A DNA stretch of 64,000 nucleotides from a virus. Its lineage: Duplodnaviria > Heunggongvirae > Uroviricota > Caudoviricetes. A model generated the notes under the pieces. That model searched no databases. It was not told the DNA's origin and was given only the letters and a program-made list of their open reading frames with translations. Position numbers and translations under genes: made by a program. The stretch lies in the IMG/VR virus record IMGVR_UViG_3300025009_000056; one strand, given 5' to 3'. The stretch's first letter is position 1. Every line of letters starts with the position of its first letter. Shown here piece by piece: positions 35,273 through 44,447 of this stretch.

Positions 35273-35434
35273 ACATTAAAGATTAAAATTACCGTCACAA
35301 ATGCAACGAGAAAAACAACAGAAATCCAGAATAATATTTTTTCAATATTTATTTGCACTCACAGGCATGTTGGTAAAAACATCATTGCCGCAACAATAAT
35401 AACAGCTATTATTATTCCGAGACAACTATTTTTT

Positions 35435-35689
35435 TCATGATGCACTTTTGGTTGATTCATTTTCAGGCTGATTGGGGTTATACATTGAAAAATTATCACA
35501 CTCACTACACATTTCGGTGGAACAAGACCTGCATTTAATAAAACCATCTATGAAGTCAACAACCAATTCGTCCCCATTATTGTAGTCGCGCTCACACCTT
35601 TTACAAACAAACACGTCTTTCAATAACGTAAAGTCGGTTTCCCTGCATGAGACATAACCACAGCTTTTACAAATTTTCACATCTGACAT
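35435..35689 (-). CDS. Cys-rich zinc-ribbon protein (84 aa)
   Basis: CKSCGYVSC...CKRCERD...CRSCSTEMCSEC. Confidence 0.45.
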   Translation of the reverse strand: MSDVKICKSCGYVSCRETDFTLLKDVFVCKRCERDYNNGDELVVDFIDGFIKCRSCSTEMCSECDNFSMYNPNQPENESTKSAS

Positions 35690-35694
35690 ACGCT

Positions 35695-36618
35695 TTATTC
35701 GTGTTTAGAATTATCACATCCGTCTATCAATGGAAAACGCACACTATTTCCAGTAATCAAAAGAAAATTACAAATATCATATCGGTGCTTAAAAACACCC
35801 TTAATAATTGGCAACATATCATTATAACTAAGATTGTATTTACTTTCTAAAAAGAAAATAAAATCCGGATAATTACATAAAAGATAAAACCTACCATGTA
35901 TTTGTTTGTATTCAAATAGCATTCTTTTGTTTTCATCGGCATAAAAAATAGATTGGGGATAATCCGAATTTGTAAAAGACTTTAAACAGTTTACGGTGTC
36001 ACGAACAAAATCCTCTGGCCTTATCGGAAGCGTATCGCTTATCGCAATATCAGATACAGGCTTTAAATTAGCCGACTCAATGCTAACGGCATCTAACTTA
36101 CCTAATTCCGGCTCCTCATCCACAAATCCGACATCACTCGGTTTATTAATACCCTTAGCGTGTAGCAATTCGAGGTTTTCCGGAGCAATAAAATATCGCT
36201 TGTATCTCTTTTTGGATACCTCGTTTTTCTCAAAAATGCCATCAACCGGAATAAGTAATTTGTGCCGGATAACATGAATAGCTGCCGACAACCTTGTGAT
36301 TTTCTTTTTCGAGAAAGACTCCATACTAGTAATAGAACCGCCTTTCAGTAGTATATTGAGAATGGTGTTCACCTGTGTTTCGTAATCATCGCCTTCAGCG
36401 GCATCGTGTCGCATTTTTTCATCCTGTGCCAAAACTGCGGTAGCATCAAAGAAATCGAATTTGAATGAAAATTTCTTAAACGTGTCATTAAGCCACTTTT
36501 CACCATCTTTCAGACATATCGAAACAGTATTGTCCGGCATGTCATCGGGAACACTCAGTGAAACGATTACTTTTCTCATGTTTTTTGGGTTTTTGGGGTT
36601 TGGTTTTTCAAGTTGCAA
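35695..36618 (-). CDS. Hypothetical protein (307 aa)
   Basis: ORF tiling. Confidence 0.5.
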   Translation of the reverse strand: MQLEKPNPKNPKNMRKVIVSLSVPDDMPDNTVSICLKDGEKWLNDTFKKFSFKFDFFDATAVLAQDEKMRHDAAEGDDYETQVNTILNILLKGGSITSMESFSKKKITRLSAAIHVIRHKLLIPVDGIFEKNEVSKKRYKRYFIAPENLELLHAKGINKPSDVGFVDEEPELGKLDAVSIESANLKPVSDIAISDTLPIRPEDFVRDTVNCLKSFTNSDYPQSIFYADENKRMLFEYKQIHGRFYLLCNYPDFIFFLESKYNLSYNDMLPIIKGVFKHRYDICNFLLITGNSVRFPLIDGCDNSKHE

Positions 36619-36659
36619 AACTACACAAAAAATCTACATGTTTTACATTCTTGTGTAAT

Positions 36660-37463
36660 TTATTTTATTTCTAAATTACTACACTTTGCACAAACACCAT
36701 TTAAGTGATTTGTCATTTGAAAACACTTCTCACAAAAGTCGAGTTCAAATTTAGGCTTTTGGTTAAAATCAAGAATCCGTTTTAGGTTCGTTTTTCTTTT
36801 TACCTCTGTAAATTCTTTCAGGCGCTCAATAAGCTCCAGTACTTTTTCTCTCGACGGCTCCGGTAAATGATTATTTCCGGAATCAGCTCCGATATTAATC
36901 GCTTTCGGCTTGCAGTCTTTTATCATTTGCACAAACTCATCCATATCAAAATCCATAATAGGCTCAATAGTCACCTCTTTTTCCGGACAGTCAATCAGAG
37001 AGAAATACACCGAGCGCTCTGTCGGCTTCGGAGAGTTAACCATGAATTCCGGATAATGCCTATTTGTTTCAAGCGTGGTGCAAAAAACATTATTTTTCAA
37101 ACCATCAAACTGACCATAGTATTCCAACATGCGCTTTGTGTTCTTTGTCTGGAAATAATATCTATTATTTGGATATTTTTCAACGTGTTTGATTATATTG
37201 GTTATAATTTCATCATGCACATTATCAGCAAACAGGTCGTTTTGTGAAACCATGAAAATCGTTTTATTTTCACCCCAATTCTTTAGCTGTTTAGCATCTA
37301 AAAAAGGCGCACCAGAATATTTTTTCGCTATATTCGGGTATCGGCTAAATCTTTTCGTACTACAATACGAACAATCGTGATAACACTTGCCACCAAGCGG
37401 GTTGCTTCGCACATCAACGAAGTCGTACATGTTGTCGTTTCCTTTTTTCTTACTCATTTTCAT
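36660..37463 (-). CDS. Putative radical-SAM-like protein (CX3CX2C motif near N-terminus; 267 aa)
   Basis: GGKCYHDCSYCSTKRF = CxxxCxxC [4Fe-4S]-binding-type motif; family not resolved. Confidence 0.35.
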   Translation of the reverse strand: MKMSKKKGNDNMYDFVDVRSNPLGGKCYHDCSYCSTKRFSRYPNIAKKYSGAPFLDAKQLKNWGENKTIFMVSQNDLFADNVHDEIITNIIKHVEKYPNNRYYFQTKNTKRMLEYYGQFDGLKNNVFCTTLETNRHYPEFMVNSPKPTERSVYFSLIDCPEKEVTIEPIMDFDMDEFVQMIKDCKPKAINIGADSGNNHLPEPSREKVLELIERLKEFTEVKRKTNLKRILDFNQKPKFELDFCEKCFQMTNHLNGVCAKCSNLEIK

Positions 37464-37978
37464 CCTATTTTAGTGATACAGGCGCTTTTCCATAGAGACA
37501 CGAATTTATCGCGTTTTTTATTTGCAATAATCCTCTCCTTATCCCTATCCATCACACCATCTTCGGAAACCATTATTTCAATCTTATTCCCGACCATCTT
37601 GATAACAAACCCCCATTTCCAATCACATATAGCCGTTCCGGTTCCTATCGCCTTTACGTTTTCTACCGCGACAACATTTTTCATCAATATTGTATGACCC
37701 TCGAATTCTACAAATTGTTCATCTGCGCAGTAGTCAATTTTTACGACAAAACTATCTCCACCGGAACATGTACAGCGGTCTATATTTCCGCCTCTTTCTT
37801 TTCCACAACGATTACAAATAAATCTTACTGATTTCGAGTCAGCCGAATTCAATTCACTCTGGTGAAAATTAACCATTGCGTCGATTACCCACTCCTTCAG
37901 GTAATCCATTTTTTCCATGTAGGCGAGTGTGTTTTCACTCATCTCATCCTCTAATATTACTTTTGCTCTGTTTCTCAT
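37460..37978 (-). CDS. Cys-containing hypothetical protein (~172 aa; ORF track start 38092 trimmed to Met at 37978)
   Basis: ICNRCGKERGGNIDRCTCSGGDSF; trimmed start removes ~100-nt overlap with macro gene. Confidence 0.4.
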   Translation of the reverse strand: MRNRAKVILEDEMSENTLAYMEKMDYLKEWVIDAMVNFHQSELNSADSKSVRFICNRCGKERGGNIDRCTCSGGDSFVVKIDYCADEQFVEFEGHTILMKNVVAVENVKAIGTGTAICDWKWGFVIKMVGNKIEIMVSEDGVMDRDKERIIANKKRDKFVSLWKSACITKIG

Positions 37979-37988
37979 TTTTGTTTTT

Positions 37989-38609
37989 TTAATATTGTAG
38001 GTTCCTGCATTCATCAGTATACAACAGTTGGTGTCTTTGCTGCGCCTCATCCCAATTTTTTGGAAAAGTATATTTTCCAAGCCAAACCTCACTAAATGCT
38101 TTTTTCATTTGTTTAGCGCACACATCGTAAGGAAGTTGACCAACACCAGTGCCAAGTCCACTAATTGTAACCGTATTAAACCGACTCTCACTTGTCAATA
38201 AATTAAATATAGCTTTCGATGCCAGATAAACATTGACTGTGTTTTTTAATATCATCGGAACACGCATGGTTGGTGCTGATATGCAAAAAGGTATTTGCTC
38301 AAAATCAGTTTCAATCAACTCAGCCTGTCCAACCAAAATTTCACCCAAATATTTTTCACGTATCCTTTTCTGAAGTTTATCCTGAATCTGCTTTCCTATT
38401 TTTCTCGTAATAAGCATATCTAATCCACCGTCCATGAATCCGAAAGAATTAGCCGGAGATACAACGCAATCAGTTTTCAAAGAAAAAAAATCCCCGCAAT
38501 AAATAGAAACATCATTACAGTCTTGGAATTGCAATTTCCATTGTTTACACATTTCTTTATTTCTATCTATTAGTTGGAATTTCATCAGGAGCAAATGTTT
38601 TATGTTCAT
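37989..38609 (-). CDS. Macro domain protein (ADP-ribose binding/ADP-ribosyl hydrolase-like)
   Basis: DVSIYCGDFFSLKTDCVVSPANSFGFMDGGLDMLI matches macro signature (..GDIt....DaIVNaAN..l..GGGvd.ai); start may be an internal Met (38552/38585). Confidence 0.6.
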   Translation of the reverse strand: MNIKHLLLMKFQLIDRNKEMCKQWKLQFQDCNDVSIYCGDFFSLKTDCVVSPANSFGFMDGGLDMLITRKIGKQIQDKLQKRIREKYLGEILVGQAELIETDFEQIPFCISAPTMRVPMILKNTVNVYLASKAIFNLLTSESRFNTVTISGLGTGVGQLPYDVCAKQMKKAFSEVWLGKYTFPKNWDEAQQRHQLLYTDECRNLQY

Positions 38610-38889
38610 TTAGATTCACCAACACACCAATCTGATAAAGATATAGTTCATAAACAGGCACACCACCATGTTCTAACCATTGGCAATATTCATCTTTAAA
38701 CCCTCTCAACTTGTATTCTTCTGGCTGAATATGTTTTTCAGCATTATTAAATTGTTCTGGTTTGTATCCTTTACAATATGTATACTCATCACCAATACTA
38801 TCTGATTCGGCTATTTGTTTTGTAATTAAGTACAGGAAATTTAATTCATTTCTGCCTTTACAAATTGTAATTATTTCGTCTATTTTCAT
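38563..38889 (-). CDS. Hypothetical protein (108 aa)
   Basis: ORF tiling. Confidence 0.45.
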   Translation of the reverse strand: MKIDEIITICKGRNELNFLYLITKQIAESDSIGDEYTYCKGYKPEQFNNAEKHIQPEEYKLRGFKDEYCQWLEHGGVPVYELYLYQIGVLVNLNEHKTFAPDEIPTNR

Positions 38890-38903
38890 TTTTGTCTTTT
38901 TAT

Positions 38904-39149
38904 TTAGTTTGTTCCGGCAACAATCTCTCTAACACCATCACTTATGTCGTTAAAAGATTTAAAAAACAAACTTATTTCATTCATCGTTTTCCAAAGTTTA
39001 TCTTTTCTCTCATCGGACATATAATCAAGCATATCCTCTCCAATTACGAAACGTCCCAGTTCGTCATAAACAGGCTTTTCTATCAACTCACATAATTCAA
39101 TTTGAAGCGATTTGAGTTTAGCTGCGTCATATTCACTCATTTTAGGCAT
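38904..39149 (-). CDS. Hypothetical protein (81 aa)
   Basis: ORF tiling. Confidence 0.45.
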   Translation of the reverse strand: MPKMSEYDAAKLKSLQIELCELIEKPVYDELGRFVIGEDMLDYMSDERKDKLWKTMNEISLFFKSFNDISDGVREIVAGTN

Positions 39150-39154
39150 AGTGT

Positions 39155-39466
39155 TTATTTTTCAAGTTTTAATTTAATTGACCATTTTTCAGGAATCCAA
39201 AGTCTTATTTTTTCAACCACAATAGCCGGATATAAATGCCATTTCTTTTTGCAAACTATAACATACCCATCGTCGTGATAGCCAAATCCATAAAATAAGC
39301 CATTAGTGTAATGATGCCAATCCTCGGGATGATTTTTATAATAAATCCCAAAACAGGAAAATCCAACTATTTCATCAATCCGGTTTTCAAGCTTACCTTT
39401 TTTGGGGATAATATTTACCCAAACTTTGTCGCCGGAGCGTAGATTAAAATCTTTAAATATACTCAT
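39155..39466 (-). CDS. Hypothetical protein (103 aa)
   Basis: ORF tiling. Confidence 0.45.
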   Translation of the reverse strand: MSIFKDFNLRSGDKVWVNIIPKKGKLENRIDEIVGFSCFGIYYKNHPEDWHHYTNGLFYGFGYHDDGYVIVCKKKWHLYPAIVVEKIRLWIPEKWSIKLKLEK

Positions 39467-39482
39467 TTTGTTTACAAATTTA

Positions 39483-39920
39483 TTATCGGTTTATTATTTG
39501 ATGCCATGCTTCAGTCGGAACGTGCTTTCTCTTTTCGATTTCCTCATGACATTTGTCGACGTAAGCAATTTTCTCTTTTATTCGCGGGTCATTAAGGTCA
39601 ACTTTTTCTTGAGGCAACTTTTTACCACCTAAAACAGAATCCGCTTTTTTAGATACCATACTCATCTCTTTCCAAGCAAGATTATCACAAATACCACTCA
39701 AGCATCTACGTTCAATTTTCTCACGATTTTCAATACACCAAATAAGGAAACGGAGCTGGTCAATATCGGTTTCCATGCTTCTCCTGAATGCTTCAGAGTC
39801 TCTATCTAAACCACCATAAACACTATGCAATTCATCAAAACAATGTGATGTTTTTATATCTCGTTTTGATTCAGCAAGCCTGTTTTTAAGCATCCGTTTA
39901 ACTGTTATTCTTTTTCCCAT
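39483..39920 (-). CDS. Hypothetical protein (145 aa)
   Basis: ORF tiling. Confidence 0.45.
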   Translation of the reverse strand: MGKRITVKRMLKNRLAESKRDIKTSHCFDELHSVYGGLDRDSEAFRRSMETDIDQLRFLIWCIENREKIERRCLSGICDNLAWKEMSMVSKKADSVLGGKKLPQEKVDLNDPRIKEKIAYVDKCHEEIEKRKHVPTEAWHQIINR

Positions 39921-39959
39921 GTAACAAATTTGTTAGTTACTTCTTAGTTACTTTCTTAG

Positions 39960-40478
39960 TTACTTATCACCCAAAGATAGCTCCAATGTAAGTTCGGTAA
40001 GTATTTTACCTAAAAGATTTTCACCCCAATTTTTAATATTTTGAATAGCCTCGCATTCAAAAAAACCTATTCCCCATATTGTATCATCAGGAGATGCCTC
40101 TACAATTTGAAAGCCTTTGTATTTTAATAATTGCTTTTTCAATTGCGGATTTTGATTAAACTTTTCCCTGAGTCCTTTTTTCACAAGTTCGTATTTAACC
40201 AAATCCCATTTCGCTAGATTAAAATTGCGCACCTCACGGCCTAATTCTTTTTGCCGTCTCGCAGATTGTGCCTGAAGTATTTTATTTGCAGTTTCTTGGT
40301 CGTTAAATGTCATTGCTTTCTGATGCATCATATACTGTTCTCCACAATTATACTTAACGCCATCAACCTCAAAATGAGATTCATGCCAATTGCTGAAAAC
40401 ACCATTCCAAAAGAACATGTATTTTACGCCGTTAAATGTTTTATTCATAAAATAATATTTAATGTATGTAAAATACAC
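39960..40478 (-). CDS. NADAR (YbiA-like, DUF1768) domain protein
   Basis: YMFFWNGVFSNWHESHF...NCGEQYMMHQKAMTFNDQETANKIL...ASPDDTIWGIGF - NADAR family hallmarks (FSNF-like, EQY..QK, SP.D.IWGiG). Confidence 0.6.
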   Translation of the reverse strand: MYFTYIKYYFMNKTFNGVKYMFFWNGVFSNWHESHFEVDGVKYNCGEQYMMHQKAMTFNDQETANKILQAQSARRQKELGREVRNFNLAKWDLVKYELVKKGLREKFNQNPQLKKQLLKYKGFQIVEASPDDTIWGIGFFECEAIQNIKNWGENLLGKILTELTLELSLGDK

Positions 40479-40510
40479 CCCAACCCAAAAATTGAATCGG
40501 GGTGTATTTA

Positions 40511-41992
40511 TTAAAGCTGAGAATTAATTCGCTGTCTGATTTCACTTAAACTTGTCTCTGTGACCAGTTTTCCATCCTCAAAAACAGTTTCCAGCTCCCC
40601 GTAATTTTCTACCTCTCTTGTCACTTGGTCTTCAAGATGTAATTTGTCGACATCGGAATACACATAAAGCAGACCCTTTGCTGATTTTTTAAATCCGGAA
40701 TCAGTTTTTGGATTTTTGAAAATATCCCGCGCTTCACCATTGACCTGCCCCCATGTAGCTTTCATCGCAAATCCAAATGTGTCGCGCGTAACATACTCGT
40801 AAGTGTACGAGCCTATTCCAAAAACAAGATTACTGGCAGAAAATCCTTTCACCTCAAGTTTTTCGAGTATCAGTTTTTGTCTTTCAAGCGTTATGGAATC
40901 GCCGTAAATAAGTCCGACTTTTGGATGTAAAACCTTATACCCCTTTTTGTTAATTTCTCCGCCAAAAATATCCCAAAGGATTTCATATGCACCTTTGCGC
41001 TGGCTTTCCGTAATAAGTGATTCAGGTGTTTCATCATCTCCGCAGATAATTTTCACAGGGTCTCCGCTGTCGGGACGAATAACAACTCTGCCATCTCTGG
41101 CGAGAATTTCATTTTTCAGCGCGGGAAGATATTCTGTCATAACTTTCCAAAAATCCCATGTGTCAGAAACAATACTAACGATACCATTGGGATATAACTC
41201 TGTAATAAGTCTTTTAAATGTATTAATTTCGCCCTCTTTTTCACCAAGGCTCATAACGCTATGCTCGGTAGCGGGAACACTACCACCAATAAGCTCTTTG
41301 TCGGAATCAGCGTTGTAATATTTCTCCAGAAAATCAATCGCTGGGATGGTATCGGTTCCGGTAAAAGACAATAAGTGTGCAGCACCACTCAGTAAAGCAT
41401 CCTCGTTTCCACTCATGCCCCTAAAGCTGAAATCATGCCCCTGCCACTGAATAAAAGATTTGTCATATCCTGTTTTCTCAGCATATTCCTCAAGTCTTTT
41501 GCGATATTGAAAAGCTGTGGTGGCACTCGTGATAGGCTTCCACATAATATTACTCATCAATGTCTCAAAATAATTAGTAAGCCAGAAAAACTTAGGCATG
41601 GTGTTCACAATGGTGAAAACCGGAACACCAATCGGAACCAAACGTCCCTCACTGATAGCCTTTATCCGAATAGGCAAATATCCTAAATCATGGAGTTCGG
41701 CAATATGCTCACACGGGATAGCATCAACACCAAGATAATTATCCATCCGGCGTTTATACTCGCGCAAAACCTGTTCTTTCGGCTTTTCAAAAAACCCCTT
41801 ATTCCACCTTTCAATCAGGTATTCTTTTACAAAATACTGAAGCCCGAAAAACACAACCTCATCTATTCCGGCAATACGGCTCTGTCTGGGTGTAAAGTTT
41901 GAGTAAACATACTCTGTTCCGGCGGGATACTGTCTGCGGTGGTCAGCTTTATACCCGTCGATTAGGCACATTGGATTGATGTCTGTAATCAT
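40511..41992 (-). CDS. Nicotinamide phosphoribosyltransferase-like protein (NAMPT/NadV family; candidate Namat of NARP1)
   Basis: 493 aa; N-terminal DGYKADHRRQYP (cf. NAMPT DSYK.THY.QYP); size and family fit. Confidence 0.7.
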   Translation of the reverse strand: MITDINPMCLIDGYKADHRRQYPAGTEYVYSNFTPRQSRIAGIDEVVFFGLQYFVKEYLIERWNKGFFEKPKEQVLREYKRRMDNYLGVDAIPCEHIAELHDLGYLPIRIKAISEGRLVPIGVPVFTIVNTMPKFFWLTNYFETLMSNIMWKPITSATTAFQYRKRLEEYAEKTGYDKSFIQWQGHDFSFRGMSGNEDALLSGAAHLLSFTGTDTIPAIDFLEKYYNADSDKELIGGSVPATEHSVMSLGEKEGEINTFKRLITELYPNGIVSIVSDTWDFWKVMTEYLPALKNEILARDGRVVIRPDSGDPVKIICGDDETPESLITESQRKGAYEILWDIFGGEINKKGYKVLHPKVGLIYGDSITLERQKLILEKLEVKGFSASNLVFGIGSYTYEYVTRDTFGFAMKATWGQVNGEARDIFKNPKTDSGFKKSAKGLLYVYSDVDKLHLEDQVTREVENYGELETVFEDGKLVTETSLSEIRQRINSQL

Positions 41993-42009
41993 TTTTTAGT
42001 TTTTAGTTG

Positions 42010-42864
42010 TTACAATTCTATTTTAAACTGCGTTACAAGTTCGTTCTTTACGTCTTTGAATGAGTTGGTGGTGTAAATCTTTTTGAAATACTGAGCCAAT
42101 TCATCAAAGCCTTTCGAGAATATCCCATGAGAAACGAAAAGGTAAATGTCTCCGGCATTTTTCTTCTTTAATTCTTTTGCGATACCTACAAAAGTTCCAC
42201 CACCATCACAAATATCGTCAACAATCATGCATGGCGCACCACCTAAATCATCGCAAAAAACCTCAAATCCGCTCAATTTTCCATTGCTTACATCTCGTTT
42301 TTTATCACACTTAACCAGTGATTTGAAATATGCAGCCTTTTCAAAAAGCTCGTTTGATTTTTTATTCGCTCCAGAATCAGGAGAAACTAATACTATCTTA
42401 TTGATAACACCGCGAATATCAGCTATTGCTCTTTCAACATAATTTTCGTTTGAAATATTTACGCAGCCATCAATAAGGGCTGGTGAAATACCAGAATGAG
42501 CATCAAGTACGAAAACGTTATCGAATTTCAATGAGTTAATCAGGTTAGCAAAAACCTTTAATGAAAACGATTCACCATTTACACACACCCTATCCTGTCT
42601 CGCGTATGGAATATATGGCATAACCAAATCGAATTTCTTAACACCCTTTCTTTTCAGTGCGTCATGTGCTAACAGAACCTCCATTAATTTATCACTATCG
42701 GTTATTCGATGAGTGATGACAACGGATTCAATTTCGTCATAATTAATATTGTTATTCAATTTGATATGAACCTCACCGCCATTAAACCGCATATTTTCAA
42801 ATTCGATTTCTGGCCGAAAGGCTACAGGGACAAACATGCTGTCTAAATTAATAGCTCTTTTCAT
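42010..42864 (-). CDS. Ribose-phosphate pyrophosphokinase-like protein (Prs family; candidate ADP-ribose pyrophosphokinase Adps of NARP1)
   Basis: MPYIPYARQDRV (Prs signature), LDAHSG, VSPDSGA, MIVDDICDGGGT (PRPP-binding). Confidence 0.75.
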   Translation of the reverse strand: MKRAINLDSMFVPVAFRPEIEFENMRFNGGEVHIKLNNNINYDEIESVVITHRITDSDKLMEVLLAHDALKRKGVKKFDLVMPYIPYARQDRVCVNGESFSLKVFANLINSLKFDNVFVLDAHSGISPALIDGCVNISNENYVERAIADIRGVINKIVLVSPDSGANKKSNELFEKAAYFKSLVKCDKKRDVSNGKLSGFEVFCDDLGGAPCMIVDDICDGGGTFVGIAKELKKKNAGDIYLFVSHGIFSKGFDELAQYFKKIYTTNSFKDVKNELVTQFKIEL

Positions 42865-42878
42865 TTTTTATTTTTTAG

Positions 42879-43238
42879 TTACCATTCAGTAATTACCTCG
42901 ACCGATGAAAAGCCCATTCCCGTCAACACATCGGCAAAATAACCACAAAGCGTGGGACACGATTCCGGTGATGCCTCTTCTATAATAACTACAATATTGT
43001 TATGGTCTTTTTTCAACCTTTCAGCATCAACACTGGCACTAATGCCGCCACCCCAATTAACAGGCTCATCAACATCTACTCCGAGCATTTTTATGAGTTC
43101 TTTGTTTAATTTCCGCTCACCGCTTCTTGTGCAATAATAAAATGAATCACAGATGGAGTTCAAATGACAGTTCATCATGTCGGCAAGAAATTCGTTTTTC
43201 TCACCTGCGGTAAATTCAAAATGTGCTTTTGTATTCAT
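42879..43238 (-). CDS. Hypothetical protein (119 aa)
   Basis: ORF tiling. Confidence 0.45.
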   Translation of the reverse strand: MNTKAHFEFTAGEKNEFLADMMNCHLNSICDSFYYCTRSGERKLNKELIKMLGVDVDEPVNWGGGISASVDAERLKKDHNNIVVIIEEASPESCPTLCGYFADVLTGMGFSSVEVITEW

Positions 43239-43480
43239 TATTCTTTTTCTTTTTTAAGATTATCGAGAGCATGTCCAGCGCCTCCGATTGCGGAATTTGA
43301 TTGTCTGGTCAATGCCTCTTTATTTTCCTTAATAAAAGACATGATGTCTTTTTTGTGTTCCGGCAGCAGGTCGCTCAGGTCGATGCTTTCCATTCTGTTC
43401 ACAAAGCGCAGCATTGATTTCGATAACACCGTGTATATCTGCGCTAATTTCTCGTTACTACTCTTTCTCTTCGGATGCAT
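43238..43480 (-). CDS. Hypothetical protein (80 aa)
   Basis: ORF tiling. Confidence 0.45.
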   Translation of the reverse strand: MHPKRKSSNEKLAQIYTVLSKSMLRFVNRMESIDLSDLLPEHKKDIMSFIKENKEALTRQSNSAIGGAGHALDNLKKEKE

Positions 43481-43562
43481 TATATTGTTTGTTTTTCGTT
43501 TGCAAAAATAGTTATTTTTTCGATTGGTTTTACAAGAATTCGCAATTTATACAAACTCTAAA

Positions 43563-43994
43563 TTATCGACCTTGTAATTGCCGGATTACGCTATCCACGT
43601 TTTCCTTAGTAATGCAAAGCCAAGTTTGAGGTGATGAATAATTAATATATTCAACTCTTGCGTAACGGAGTGCGTCTTTCATATTATCGAAATGATGATT
43701 GGTAACAAACATCCTCGCTCTTCTTCTTGCGCTTTTCACTTTCTTGTGTAGGAAATTACCAAACCTGCAATCAGAATTACCCCCCTCAGAAAACACAAGA
43801 CAGCCTTTTTTAAAAAAGACATAAATTCCTCGGTCTCCATTATGGATGAAAATTTTACAATCTTTAAATTTAGCTGAATAGGAAAAATCGCCGTTCCAAA
43901 AAACAATCCTACCCTTTTTTCTCCCTTGATAAACAGAGACGACTAAACACCCCAGCTTATCATAAACGTGTCTGTATATTTCTGTATTTTTCAT
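43563..43994 (-). CDS. Hypothetical protein (143 aa)
   Basis: ORF tiling. Confidence 0.45.
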   Translation of the reverse strand: MKNTEIYRHVYDKLGCLVVSVYQGRKKGRIVFWNGDFSYSAKFKDCKIFIHNGDRGIYVFFKKGCLVFSEGGNSDCRFGNFLHKKVKSARRRARMFVTNHHFDNMKDALRYARVEYINYSSPQTWLCITKENVDSVIRQLQGR

Positions 43995-44218
43995 GTGTAG
44001 ATAACTGAAACAAGGTTAACTTTTTGTTTAGCGTAATCGGATTTCCACCTATTCATAACGCTTTCGTGTTCTTCTTTTGTTTTTCCGTAATACAATTTCG
44101 ATGTAATCGTCCAAAAATCACCAACTTCTGCCCAGAAACTAACCTCGTAGCATTCCGAGTACTCCAAGTGCTGATTTTTCTTTATATCCAACTCCTCGAA
44201 TTTCATTATCTTTCCCAT
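43991..44218 (-). CDS. Hypothetical protein (75 aa)
   Basis: ORF tiling. Confidence 0.45.
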   Translation of the reverse strand: MGKIMKFEELDIKKNQHLEYSECYEVSFWAEVGDFWTITSKLYYGKTKEEHESVMNRWKSDYAKQKVNLVSVIYT

Positions 44219-44264
44219 AATTTATTTAGACTATTGTTTAAACTTCATCAACAGCATAAGCTAT

Positions 44265-44420
44265 TTAAGACTTTGGTATATAAATCCTGATAGGGATGTC
44301 ATTGGTTCCACCATCCTCCCACTTAATAATATAAAACTGCTCTCTTTCCGTATCATAGTAAACCACGTTGTCCCTATCGGGTATCATTCCCTCTGGTAAA
44401 TTTTCCATTTTCTTTTTCAT
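44265..44420 (-). CDS. Small hypothetical protein (51 aa; below ORF-track cutoff)
   Basis: Manual translation MKKKMENLPEGMIPDRDNVVYYDTEREQFYIIKWEDGGTNDIPIRIYIPKS*; fills 229-nt gap. Confidence 0.3.
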   Translation of the reverse strand: MKKKMENLPEGMIPDRDNVVYYDTEREQFYIIKWEDGGTNDIPIRIYIPKS

Positions 44421-44447
44421 ATTAATCCTGTTTTTATTTACTGAACG

